A stretch of 28,031 nt of DNA. Source: a virus (Duplodnaviria; Heunggongvirae; Uroviricota; Caudoviricetes). This document shows, piece by piece, positions 18,484 to 26,885 of this stretch. Location: the IMG/VR virus record IMGVR_UViG_2740892212_000023. One strand, given 5' to 3'. Under the pieces are notes generated by a model that did not search any database, was not told the DNA's origin, and was given only the letters and a program-made list of their open reading frames with translations. A program made the translations under genes and the position numbers. Positions within the stretch are counted from its first letter, which is position 1, and every line of letters starts with the position of its first letter.

Positions 18484-20651
18484 TGGCTAAAGCATGGAAA
18501 GATGTTATCGCTTCTCCACAGTATCAGGCGTTAACTGAAGAACAGAAAGCACAGGCTCAAGCGCAATATTTTGATGAGGTTGTTGCCCCTAAGGCTGGTG
18601 ACAAATGGGCTGAAGCAAGAGATCAGTTTTATGCAGCATACCCTCCACCTCAGCAGCAGAAAGAAGAACCATCATTGATGCAACAAGCTGGTGATTGGCT
18701 CACAGGTGGTCAAAGTGCAGGGCAAATTGCAGAACAGGCTGGTCGTGGTCTGGTAAACATACCATTTGACGTATTACAGGGTGGCGCAAGTCTGATTAAT
18801 GCAATCAGTCAGGGGCTTGGTGGGCCAAAAGTATTGGATGATGTCTATCGTCCAGTCGATCGACCGACAGACCATTACGCGCAAGCCGGTGAAACAATTG
18901 GCGGGTATCTCCTGCCAATTGGTACAGCGGCAAAAGCTGCTGGAGCGCCAGCAAAGCTCGCTGGAGATATCGGTTCCGCAGGAAACATGATTACAGGTTC
19001 TCTTGCTGATGCTGCAAATCAGGAGGGCGACTTTGCACAAAATGCTGCCATTAACGGTGGTATAAATATTGGTGCTCAGGGGATACTTTCTGGGGCTGGA
19101 AGGATCTTAACCTCTAAATCACCTCAAGTTCTTGGTGGCGGGGCAATAAATTCCGCTGCTGATGTTTCGAAAATGGCAAAGTCTGGTACAGGAAGAGAGA
19201 TTATTGCCAGACAGTCAGCTAATGTGTCAGACGAAATAGCAAAAGCAGCAGATACTGCTGGAATAGATATCAACGCATTAACTCCTGGCATGAGATCAGG
19301 TAGTCGTGGTCTTGCTCAGGCGGAGGGGATTCTGGCGTCAAAGCCCGGAATTACACAGGATGCACACACCAAAGCATTCAGTGAAATAGAGTCGAAATTT
19401 AACTCAGCATTGGATGAGTTTGGGGCTGAAGCAGGAACTGCATCAGAAAAAAGTGCAGCCATAAAACAAAGGGTTTTGGCAAGTATTGATAAAATGAAAA
19501 ATTCAGAAAAGGCCGCATGGGATAGCGTCCGCTCCACGATGCCTGACGCAAAGGCCAGAATGTCAAACCTGAACGCTACAATTCAGGGTGATATTTTGGC
19601 CGGCATGCCGCTAACTCCTGAGATGAAACAATTCGCATCTGCTTATGCTAAAACTAGTAAAAAAGGAATCACGTTTGATGCCATGAAGGCATGGCGAAGT
19701 AAACTTGCTGACGCAGAGCAGAAGTATATAAGGTCTGGTGAGGCAAATACGGCAAGGCGCATGGCTGAGCTTCGTGATGCAGCAACGGAAGATATGCGCA
19801 TAATGGCTCAAAATGGCGGTTTTCTTGATGACTGGCAAAAAGCTAATGATCTGTCAAAAGCAAGATTTACAGCACAAGAACAGGCTGAAGCAGCGTTTGG
19901 TAGAGACCTTGCAACTGATCAGTTGGTAACTAATGGCTCTAAGGCGTTGCAGGGTTCAGCAAAAAGTGGAACAGGTCAGTTCCATAAAATAATAAGCGCC
20001 CTACCTGAGTCGGAACGCGCGCCAGCAATTGCATCAATATTACAAGATGCGGTATCGCAAGGGGTACGCGGAGGTAAGTCTGAAGAGGCTGGAATTAAGC
20101 ATATCGCGACTATTCTTACCCCACAAAACGTGAAGGCAATTAGTCGATATTCTCCAGAGCTTGGTAGGATTGCCAGGGGGTTTGGAGAACTTGCAAGAGC
20201 AGCAACAAAGCCACTTCGATATGTTGAACAAACAGGGCGCTCTATGCCAGCCATTAGCACTCTTGAGAATGGCCTTCATCCAGTTTTAGAGAGCGTATTG
20301 TCTGGCGCTTTTCCAACCGCTGGCGCTATCGCAGGGTTCTCTGGAGGAGGTGTTATTGGAGCAATAGTGGGTGGCGCTGCAGGTGGAGCAATTGATGCAA
20401 TAGCAAAAGGATCGATAGCGAAATTATCCGCAACCAGAAGTGGTCGTTACGCTATTGAAAAGGCTGTTCAAGAGGCGACAAAGGCAGTTAAAGTTGGGGC
20501 AAGTGATGGCGCATTAGCGGCGGCGGAACGCAGATTTATGGCAAATAAGGCCGCCGTAAAAGCAATTCGCGATGCACTAGGAAACGAAGAGTTCCAGCGT
20601 TTGTCGAGGGCTGGGATTGTGGCATCGCTAAGCGGAATGGCACAGGATTGA
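18483..20651 (+). CDS. Ejection protein, P22 gp16-like (longer than P22 gp16)
   Basis: 722 aa, in the gp16 position. Gly/Ala-rich C-terminal segment. Confidence 0.75.
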   Translation: MAKAWKDVIASPQYQALTEEQKAQAQAQYFDEVVAPKAGDKWAEARDQFYAAYPPPQQQKEEPSLMQQAGDWLTGGQSAGQIAEQAGRGLVNIPFDVLQGGASLINAISQGLGGPKVLDDVYRPVDRPTDHYAQAGETIGGYLLPIGTAAKAAGAPAKLAGDIGSAGNMITGSLADAANQEGDFAQNAAINGGINIGAQGILSGAGRILTSKSPQVLGGGAINSAADVSKMAKSGTGREIIARQSANVSDEIAKAADTAGIDINALTPGMRSGSRGLAQAEGILASKPGITQDAHTKAFSEIESKFNSALDEFGAEAGTASEKSAAIKQRVLASIDKMKNSEKAAWDSVRSTMPDAKARMSNLNATIQGDILAGMPLTPEMKQFASAYAKTSKKGITFDAMKAWRSKLADAEQKYIRSGEANTARRMAELRDAATEDMRIMAQNGGFLDDWQKANDLSKARFTAQEQAEAAFGRDLATDQLVTNGSKALQGSAKSGTGQFHKIISALPESERAPAIASILQDAVSQGVRGGKSEEAGIKHIATILTPQNVKAISRYSPELGRIARGFGELARAATKPLRYVEQTGRSMPAISTLENGLHPVLESVLSGAFPTAGAIAGFSGGGVIGAIVGGAAGGAIDAIAKGSIAKLSATRSGRYAIEKAVQEATKAVKVGASDGALAAAERRFMANKAAVKAIRDALGNEEFQRLSRAGIVASLSGMAQD

Positions 20652-20668
20652 GGTGACGCCATGGATGG

Positions 20669-21118
20669 CTATTTTTTAAGGTAATAATCATCAAAATCGC
20701 AAGAAGCGGATATCACAGAACTTGAATCCATAGAAAAAGACAGGGTTTCGCATGCCTTTCCGGCCTGATGATATGCATGGATATCACCGGATACATATCC
20801 TCCTGTAGAAAACAACGATTTTTCACCGTTTTTTTCTACAAGAATGTGCTTATCTGAATCATTAATAAACCAAATGGAAATAGAGTGACTTTCGCCAAGG
20901 TCTGTTCTATTGAACACCTTAGGTTGGGTACCCTTGACAGCATTTTCGGCTCGCATAATCAGTTCAGCGCTTTTTTTGCTATTTTTTTGTTCTGTATAGA
21001 TTTTGTCTGCCACAAAATAAACAATGGCAATGGCTAACAAAGATAGGGAAATCAGCAATGCCTTTTTAATCAATTTTTTGGCATCCCTGTAAATCTCAAC
21101 TGATAATTTTTCACTCAC
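20669..21118 (-). CDS. Small membrane-anchored protein of unknown function (sieA-position moron)
   Basis: Minus-strand ORF 20669..21193. Likely start is GTG 21118 preceded by AAGGAGG; ATG 21193 is the alternative. One N-terminal TM helix (ALLISLSLLAIAIVYFVA) then a ~110-aa extracytoplasmic domain. AT-rich compared with the structural genes. Confidence 0.5.
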   Translation of the reverse strand: MSEKLSVEIYRDAKKLIKKALLISLSLLAIAIVYFVADKIYTEQKNSKKSAELIMRAENAVKGTQPKVFNRTDLGESHSISIWFINDSDKHILVEKNGEKSLFSTGGYVSGDIHAYHQAGKACETLSFSMDSSSVISASCDFDDYYLKK

Positions 21119-21183
21119 ACCAACCTCCTTAGTTTTGTGCAGGATACCAGATGATAATGTGTAGTTGGAGTAGCGCGGTTGTA

Positions 21184-21277
21184 ATGCAAGCATTTTGTTT
21201 TGGTTTTATGCTTGCTTGTATGTGTGTACAGTGCATATAATGCAAGCATACATCACAATAAAGGTGCTTGCATTATG
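21184..21277 (+). promoter_or_regulatory. Promoter with four copies of a 10-bp palindromic operator-like motif ATGCWWGCAT
   Basis: Motif at 21184-21193, 21208-21215 (partial), 21240-21249 and 21265-21273. -35 TTGCTT (21212-21217), 18-bp spacer, consensus -10 TATAAT (21236-21241). The copies overlap the -35, the -10/+1, the RBS/start of the downstream gene and the alternative start of the divergent gene. Confidence 0.55.
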
Positions 21278-22267
21278 ACTGAAAAGAAAAGTGGCGAAGG
21301 GAAAGCTAAGGGCGGTATCGCTCGCGCAAAGTCGCTGACTAAAGAGCAGCGTTCTGAAATAGCAAAGAAAGCAGCGGCTGCAAGATGGAAGGATAAACCA
21401 TTAATTGCTACGCATAAGGGATCGTTCCAGCATGAATTCGGGATTGATGTTGAGTGCTATGTGTTAAATGATGATAACAAAACTGCCGTTATTAGCCAGA
21501 GAGGCATGGGAGAAGCGATTGGTCTTGGCGAAGGTGGCAGCAGGTTGCCAAAGTTTATTCAGGGGAAAACTATTTCTCAGTATATCGGGCATGAATTAAG
21601 GGCAAAACTTGAAAATCCTCTTATTTTTCAATACAAACAGGCGGGCACGAACACTCCAGCTAATCCTGTAATACATGGCTACGATGTAACAATATTAATT
21701 GATTTATGTCGAGCAATCTCTAATGCTAAAGCTGAAGGTAAGTTGCTTTCCAGTCAGGAAGGGATTGCTAAGCAAGCCAGAATCATTATTGATGCATCAG
21801 CCAAGGCGGGCATTCAGGGGCTTGTTTATGCTTTGGCAGGGTATGACAGAACAAAAGAAGAGGTAATTCAAGCATATAAGCGATATGTTGCTGAAGAGGC
21901 TCGTGAGTATGAAAGAGAGTTCACCCCTGAACTTTATGAGCATTGGTATCGTCTGTATGGTATAGACAAACCAGTTAGAGGGCGACCATGGGCGTTTAAA
22001 TATCTTACGATAGATCACATTTATTACCCATTAGCCAGAAGTGAAGGAAAGGTATTTAATTTAGCAAAAACGTCAAAAGAAGAAAAAGGCAGCAAAAACG
22101 ATAAAATACACCAGTTTTTATCAGAGGTTGGAGTTAAGGCTCTTAGAACCCAAATAGGTAAGGTTACTGGTATTGCAATGGTTTCTGATACTCGAGAAGA
22201 GTATGAGAAATACATAGATGAAAAGGTTATTGGACAAAGAACCATAGACTTAAAAGATAAAGAATAA
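21275..22267 (+). CDS. Conserved phage protein with a basic N-terminus (…GGIARAKSLTKEQRSEIAKKAAAARW…); I attribute it to the P63C-domain family from memory
   Basis: ATG 21275 within ORF 21200..22267, giving 330 aa. The N-terminal motif and the following ATHKGSFQHEFGIDVECYVLNDDNKTAVISQRGM block resemble P63C-family proteins. Function unknown. AT-rich. Confidence 0.6.
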   Translation: MTEKKSGEGKAKGGIARAKSLTKEQRSEIAKKAAAARWKDKPLIATHKGSFQHEFGIDVECYVLNDDNKTAVISQRGMGEAIGLGEGGSRLPKFIQGKTISQYIGHELRAKLENPLIFQYKQAGTNTPANPVIHGYDVTILIDLCRAISNAKAEGKLLSSQEGIAKQARIIIDASAKAGIQGLVYALAGYDRTKEEVIQAYKRYVAEEAREYEREFTPELYEHWYRLYGIDKPVRGRPWAFKYLTIDHIYYPLARSEGKVFNLAKTSKEEKGSKNDKIHQFLSEVGVKALRTQIGKVTGIAMVSDTREEYEKYIDEKVIGQRTIDLKDKE

Positions 22268-22273
22268 GAAAAT

Positions 22274-22296
22274 CCCACCGTCAGGTGGGTTTTTTA
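22274..22296. terminator. Bidirectional intrinsic terminator between convergent genes
   Basis: Hairpin CCCAC-CGTCAG-GTGGG with a T-run on the + strand (22290-22296) and an A-run upstream that gives a T-run on the - strand. Confidence 0.6.
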
Positions 22297-22320
22297 TAAG
22301 GAGTAATCATGATTTACCCA

Positions 22321-22857
22321 TCAAACAACCCACCAGTTTGCCTGATTGGATGCCAGCCTTGCAGTTTTTATGGAATTAATTATGCCATGCTCAAGAGCCT
22401 TGTTAGCATCCAAAATGGTCGAGTCTGCTATCAGGGATGCCCACCTAATATGGGTTCCGATGTCGATATTGAACGTCTCAACGAAGCGATCAAGATCGTT
22501 ATCGAGGCATTTCCCGTACTCTCTCAATCTGGCATGGTCGGCGGCTGGGGAGGCAAAGCACCATAATAGAGGATGTAACAGGAATCTTGATAATGGGTTT
22601 GCGAAACGTTCTGAGCCAGCCAGGAAAACGATATTAGCTATGGATTCAACATTGCTTATGTTGTGAGTTCTAACGGTAACAGGGAGTGACTTAAGAAAGT
22701 TATACGCAGTAAAGCCAGCGGCAGTTTCCCCTCCCTGACTTGATATATGGATATTTAATTCAGTTGCGCCTTGAGATAATGCGGTGAGACAGTGGTTCTG
22801 AAGTTGCCCAACAGTGGCAGTGTTAACGGGGCATAAGAAATGAATTGTGTGCAGCAT
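22321..22857 (-). CDS. ClpP-family (S14-like) serine peptidase homologue, 178 aa
   Basis: Co-linear with the ClpP core: …NIHISSQGGETAAGFTAYNFLKSL…ISNVESIANIVFLAGSERFANPLSRFLLHP…DANKALEHGIINSI (ClpP: …YINSPGGVITAGMSIYDTM…[32 protein letters not shown]…SAPEAVEYGLVDSI). Candidate Ser, His and Asp triad positions are conserved. Its start overlaps the stop of the upstream Mnt-like gene. Confidence 0.7.
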   Translation of the reverse strand: MLHTIHFLCPVNTATVGQLQNHCLTALSQGATELNIHISSQGGETAAGFTAYNFLKSLPVTVRTHNISNVESIANIVFLAGSERFANPLSRFLLHPLLWCFASPAADHARLREYGKCLDNDLDRFVETFNIDIGTHIRWASLIADSTILDANKALEHGIINSIKTARLASNQANWWVV

Positions 22858-23105
22858 TATTTTTCATCCTTAGCATACATGGTCTTTAGCGTCTCAAGCA
22901 GCGCCTCTTTGAATTTGTCAGCTTCTTGCTGAGCAAATGACTCAACTGACTTTGGCGACCTATCTTCATCAATCGCGGCTTGCAAAATCATGACGATCTC
23001 GGAGTTAACAGAGCGACCATTTTTTGATGCTCTGACAGCAAGAGCCTCGCGTAAAGATTCAGGGATTCTTACCGTAGTTGGAGAAATTGACACACCCTTT
23101 GCCAT
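22857..23105 (-). CDS. mnt: Mnt-like ribbon-helix-helix repressor
   Basis: 82 aa from ATG 23105 (MAKGVSISPTTVRIPESLREALAVRASKNGRSVNSEIVMILQAAID…), compared with P22 Mnt …FRMPMEVREKLKFRAEANGRSMNSELLQIVQDAL…. Divergent from the arc/ant genes as in the P22 immI region. Confidence 0.75.
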   Translation of the reverse strand: MAKGVSISPTTVRIPESLREALAVRASKNGRSVNSEIVMILQAAIDEDRSPKSVESFAQQEADKFKEALLETLKTMYAKDEK

Positions 23106-23128
23106 ATCACACCTTTGGTATTCAATTT

Positions 23129-23219
23129 GATAGCAAAGTGTATGCAAAAAAATTTTGACTAGATATACTCACTTTGCTATCTTTTGTATTCGAAAAGAGT
23201 TGTTTGTGTGGAGGGTAAC
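23129..23219. promoter_or_regulatory. Divergent immI-like promoter/operator region
   Basis: Perfect 12-bp inverted repeat GATAGCAAAGTG (23129-23140) and CACTTTGCTATC (23170-23181). Between and after them: -35-like TTGACT (23155-23160), 17-bp spacer, -10-like TATCTT (23178-23183), then GGAGGG RBS before ATG 23220. Confidence 0.5.
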
Positions 23220-23391
23220 ATGGAGAAAGAAATAAGTAAGATTTTGGTAAGGATGCCGCAGTCGTTAAAGGATGCCGCAGTCGTTAAAGGATGCTATAGG
23301 TAGCAGGGCAAAGGAAGAGTGCAGGTCGTTTAACTCAGAGGTTATCAAGCGCCTGATAGACAGCTTGAAGAGAGAGGGGGTAATGGTATGA
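23220..23391 (+). pseudogene. arc: arc homologue (ribbon-helix-helix) disrupted by a 19-bp tandem duplication
   Basis: As it stands the frame is MEKEISKILVRMPQSLKDAAVVKGCYR* (stop at 23301). Removing one 19-bp unit restores MEKEISKILVRMPQSLKDAIGSRAKEECRSFNSEVIKRLIDSLKREGVMV, Arc-like (P22 Arc …RWPREVLDLVRKVAEENGRSVNSEIYQRVMESFKKEG…), ending in an ATGA overlap with the next ORF. Confidence 0.7.
23252..23294 (+). repeat. Tandem direct repeat, 2 × 19 bp (GATGCCGCAGTCGTTAAAG) plus a 5-bp partial third copy
   Basis: Units at 23252-23270 and 23271-23289, then GATGC at 23290-23294. The period is not a multiple of 3. Confidence 0.9.
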
Positions 23392-23591
23392 GTAAAGAAT
23401 GTTGTTTCTGCGGCATTAGCGAATCAGACGCTGATCAAACATACATTTACTCTAAAGAAACAGGTCGGATGCTGTGTAGTGACTGCGTGTTGGACATCAT
23501 AAGATACAAGCATCTTGGATGTTCTGCCAGCATTAGCAATATAGGTGAAGTATATGAAGGGAAAGATATAACTGATAGAGCAGAAAGTTGA
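23388..23591 (+). CDS. Small Cys-rich protein (putative zinc ribbon), 67 aa
   Basis: Two CxxC pairs (CCFCG…CSDC). ATG 23388 overlaps the stop of the reconstructed arc frame. P22 has no gene between arc and ant. Confidence 0.45.
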   Translation: MSKECCFCGISESDADQTYIYSKETGRMLCSDCVLDIIRYKHLGCSASISNIGEVYEGKDITDRAES

Positions 23592-23653
23592 AGCCCCAAC
23601 TGCGGTAACAGTCAGGGCTTCGGTATCAACAAATCGTCTTAGGAAATATTGAC

Positions 23654-24532
23654 ATGAAAAGTATAGCAAAGGCACAAAACGATTTCACCATCTTCAAATT
23701 CGGCGACAGTGAAATCCGCGTCATCAACAAGTGCGGTGAGCCGTGGTTTGTAGCTAAAGATGTTTGTGATGCTTTAGCTTTGACTAACTCACGCAAGGCG
23801 CTTACTGCACTTGATGACGATGAAAAGGGAGTAACTTTAAGTTACACCCTTGGTGGTGAGCAGAATCTAAGCATTGTGAGCGAATCAGGTATGTATACAT
23901 TGGTTCTGCGCTGCCGCGATGCAGTCAATAAAGGTTCAGTCCCGCACAAATTCCGCAAGTGGGTAACAGCAGAAGTTCTGCCTTCAATTCGCAAACATGG
24001 CGAGTATGTTAAAGGAAAGAAAACCACTGTTGAGGAAAGAACACCGCTACGCGATGCAGTAAACATGCTGGTAGGAAAGAAAGGACTTCGCTATGACGAT
24101 GCATACAATATGGTTCATCAGCGTTTTGGTATTGACAGCATTGATGAACTTTCAATTGAACAAATCCCGCAAGCTGTAGAGTACATCCACAGGGTAGTGC
24201 TTGAAGGTGAGTTCATCGGCAAACAAGAGAAGAAAACCAACGAGCTTTCTGCAAAAGAAGCAAACAGCCTTGTATGGTTATGGGATTATGCCAACCGCTC
24301 ACAGGCATTATTCCGCGAACTGTATCTGGCATTAAAACAAATTCAATCGAACTATTCCGGCAGATGCTACGACTACGGTTATGAGTTCTCGTATGTTATC
24401 GGAATGGCGAGAGATGTTTTAATCAACCATACACGAGATGTTGATATTAATGAGCCAGACGGACCAACGAATCTTTCCGCATGGATGAGACTTAAGAATA
24501 AAGAATTACCTCCTTCAGTACATAACTACTGA
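23654..24532 (+). CDS. ant: Antirepressor Ant (Bro-N-type N-terminal domain)
   Basis: 292 aa with …[32 protein letters not shown]…[16 protein letters not shown]…[18 protein letters not shown]…, the Bro-N/Ant signature, in the P22 ant position. Confidence 0.85.
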   Translation: MKSIAKAQNDFTIFKFGDSEIRVINKCGEPWFVAKDVCDALALTNSRKALTALDDDEKGVTLSYTLGGEQNLSIVSESGMYTLVLRCRDAVNKGSVPHKFRKWVTAEVLPSIRKHGEYVKGKKTTVEERTPLRDAVNMLVGKKGLRYDDAYNMVHQRFGIDSIDELSIEQIPQAVEYIHRVVLEGEFIGKQEKKTNELSAKEANSLVWLWDYANRSQALFRELYLALKQIQSNYSGRCYDYGYEFSYVIGMARDVLINHTRDVDINEPDGPTNLSAWMRLKNKELPPSVHNY

Positions 24533-24550
24533 CAGATAACCAACGCAACG

Positions 24551-24576
24551 ACCCAGCTTCGGCTGGGTTTTTTTAT
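24551..24576 (+). terminator. Rho-independent terminator after ant
   Basis: Hairpin ACCCAGC-TTCG-GCTGGGT followed by a T-run. Confidence 0.7.
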
Positions 24577-24632
24577 GCCCAAAATTCACCGTAGCCATGC
24601 TGCGGCGATTCATTGTATCTGGAGCAAATTAA

Positions 24633-26795
24633 ATGACAGACATTACAGCCAATGTTGTAGTGAGTATGCCTTCGCAACTCTTCACTATGGCGAGTTCTTT
24701 TAAAGCTGTTGCCAATGGAAAAATTTATATCGGTAAAATTGACACTGACCCGGTAAATCCTGAAAACCAGATTCAGGTTTATGTGGAGAACGAAGACGGC
24801 TCTCACGTTCCTGTTTCGCAACCAATCATCATTAACGCTGCTGGATACCCGGTATATAACGGGCAGATTGCAAAGTTCGTAACTGTGCAAGGCCATTCTA
24901 TGGCTGTTTATGACGCATATGGTGCACAGCAGTTCTATTTTCCTAATGTGTTGAAGTATGAGCCGGATCAATTAAGGTTGGAGCTTGAATCATCTGGTGG
25001 AGCAGGATTGATAGGTGGTGTTTCGAAGCCTATTACTTTTTTTGGTGCTATTGGTGATGGATTAACAAACAATACGCAGGCATTTAACGATGCAGAGATA
25101 TCGGAATTCAATGACATATACATTCCTGATGGTATTTATAATGTAAATAATATTAACTTAAATAAGAGATATTGGGGGCCTGGCATAGTAGTGATTAATT
25201 ACCAGACTAAATATTCTGGCTCTGGTGTTAACGACATGACCGTGTCAGGAATATACAATGGACAGCAAGATCTAAATGCAATTGTAAGAATAAAAGAAGC
25301 TTCAAATCCTGATAAGCTTGAATTCAGTACAGATAATGGAGTTACATGGCGTGACACGATAGACGTGTACAACCCAATCGATGACAGTGTATCTCAGCAA
25401 CCAATCGTAATACTTGCAGGTGGGGTGGATTTTTTCGTAAGTGGATTGAAGATAAACTTTTCTTCAACCACTGGACATACAGTAAATGACTCATGGTCAT
25501 TTTTCATTCCTTCCAATCCATCAGTAATAAACACAGGAAGTGGCAGCATCGTTAAATCAGGAAGCGTTATTTTTAATGTTAGCGGAAACAATGATACTAA
25601 TACTTCCGCTGGAAAAGACTCATTAGGCGGTGGAAACGTAGGAGCTAACAATACCGCATATGGGTGGAAGAGTTTGCACTCAAACACTACAGGATACGCA
25701 AATACCGCGTCTGGGATTCAGTCTATGGAAAACAATAAGACTGGTAAAAACAATTGTGCATACGGTGCTGATTCTCTAAGAGCTAACGTATCTGGTTCTG
25801 ATAACGTAGCGGTTGGGGTTTTTGCGTTATGTGCAAACACAACAGGCTACGGTAATACTGGTATTGGTAATGATACTAACAGGTATAACAAAACAGGATT
25901 TGGGAATACTGCGGCAGGTGTGCAGGCCTTGTATCACAACAGTGCTGGTAATGAGAACACCGCTTTTGGTGAATATGCGTTACGTGGCGGTAATTCCAGT
26001 TTTCCTACGGGGGTGTCTATCCAGTATTGTGTTGCGGTAGGGGCTAAGTCGGGTTTCAACGCGTTAGGTAATAATAATACAGCTATAGGTTACGAGGCGC
26101 TATATTCTGCATCAGGATCTGATAATGTTGGTATTGGATTCGATGCAGGGTTTAAAGTAACGGCTGGATCTTTCAATGTATTTTTAGGTTCTAATTCTGG
26201 TAACGTGTCAGAGCAGGCTACAGATGTGACAAACTGCGTCCTTCTCGGAGATAATACAAAATCAACCGGAAGTAACGCAGTAGCTATCGGTAGTGGGGTA
26301 ATTGCCGCTCAGAATACTGTAGCTATAGGTAATAGTGAGCATGAATTATTCTTTCATTATGGGAAAATTACACCACAAATTGATAATGCTTTTGATATTG
26401 GTGGGCCGGATGCGAGATATAAAACAATATATGCAACTACAGGAATGATAAATACATCAAATGAAATGTTGAAAACAAAACTAACAGACATTGATGTTGC
26501 TGAAAAAAAAGCTGCACTAGAAATAAAAGATAATATTAAAAAGTTTAAGATGCTGGATTCTGTTGAGGTAAAGGGATTTGATGGTGCTAGGTGGCATTTT
26601 GGTGTTGGAGCTCAAACTGTTGGTAATATAATGAGGAAGCACGGACTTGATCCTAGTAAGTATGGGTTTTGGTGTCACGATAAAACGCATCGCGAACACA
26701 TGACTGGAAATATAGATATCTTTTGTGAAAGTTATGGTATAAGATATGACGAACTTGCAATGTTTATATTGGCATCAATATCTTTATGTGAATAA
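24633..26795 (+). CDS. Tailspike protein: P22 gp9-type head-binding N-terminus, G/N/T-rich repeat receptor-binding region, C-terminal S74-like intramolecular chaperone
   Basis: The N-terminal ~115 aa resemble the P22 gp9 head-binding domain ([11 protein letters not shown]…[33 protein letters not shown]…). The central region carries about 15-aa repeats of the form N(T/N)A.G…AL…N..G. The C-terminus begins SNEMLK (Ser-x4-Lys spacing as in S74 autoproteolytic chaperone domains). AT-rich after about 24950. Confidence 0.85.
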   Translation: MTDITANVVVSMPSQLFTMASSFKAVANGKIYIGKIDTDPVNPENQIQVYVENEDGSHVPVSQPIIINAAGYPVYNGQIAKFVTVQGHSMAVYDAYGAQQFYFPNVLKYEPDQLRLELESSGGAGLIGGVSKPITFFGAIGDGLTNNTQAFNDAEISEFNDIYIPDGIYNVNNINLNKRYWGPGIVVINYQTKYSGSGVNDMTVSGIYNGQQDLNAIVRIKEASNPDKLEFSTDNGVTWRDTIDVYNPIDDSVSQQPIVILAGGVDFFVSGLKINFSSTTGHTVNDSWSFFIPSNPSVINTGSGSIVKSGSVIFNVSGNNDTNTSAGKDSLGGGNVGANNTAYGWKSLHSNTTGYANTASGIQSMENNKTGKNNCAYGADSLRANVSGSDNVAVGVFALCANTTGYGNTGIGNDTNRYNKTGFGNTAAGVQALYHNSAGNENTAFGEYALRGGNSSFPTGVSIQYCVAVGAKSGFNALGNNNTAIGYEALYSASGSDNVGIGFDAGFKVTAGSFNVFLGSNSGNVSEQATDVTNCVLLGDNTKSTGSNAVAIGSGVIAAQNTVAIGNSEHELFFHYGKITPQIDNAFDIGGPDARYKTIYATTGMINTSNEMLKTKLTDIDVAEKKAALEIKDNIKKFKMLDSVEVKGFDGARWHFGVGAQTVGNIMRKHGLDPSKYGFWCHDKTHREHMTGNIDIFCESYGIRYDELAMFILASISLCE

Positions 26796-26865
26796 ACTTT
26801 GTAAATGAAGTGAATTGCAAATCCTTGTACTTGATTGCAAGGCTTTGTGCTCTTCGATAATGGTT

Positions 26866-26885
26866 AAGGTGGATCACTCCACCTT
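26866..26885. terminator. Hairpin at the convergent tailspike/integrase junction
   Basis: AAGGTGGA-TCAC-TCCACCTT followed by TTT on the + strand. Overlaps the 3' end of int. Confidence 0.4.

Noticed and set aside
22309-22666. Two + strand ORFs (85 and 106 aa) overlapping the ClpP-like gene
   Set aside because: They lie antisense to an ORF with clear ClpP-family co-linearity and downstream of a bidirectional terminator; no start context.
25600-26350. Periodic coding repeats in the tailspike, considered as a possible CRISPR-like or tandem DNA array
   Set aside because: Periodicity is at the protein level (about 15-aa repeats) with degenerate DNA, inside one continuous ORF; no spacer-repeat architecture.
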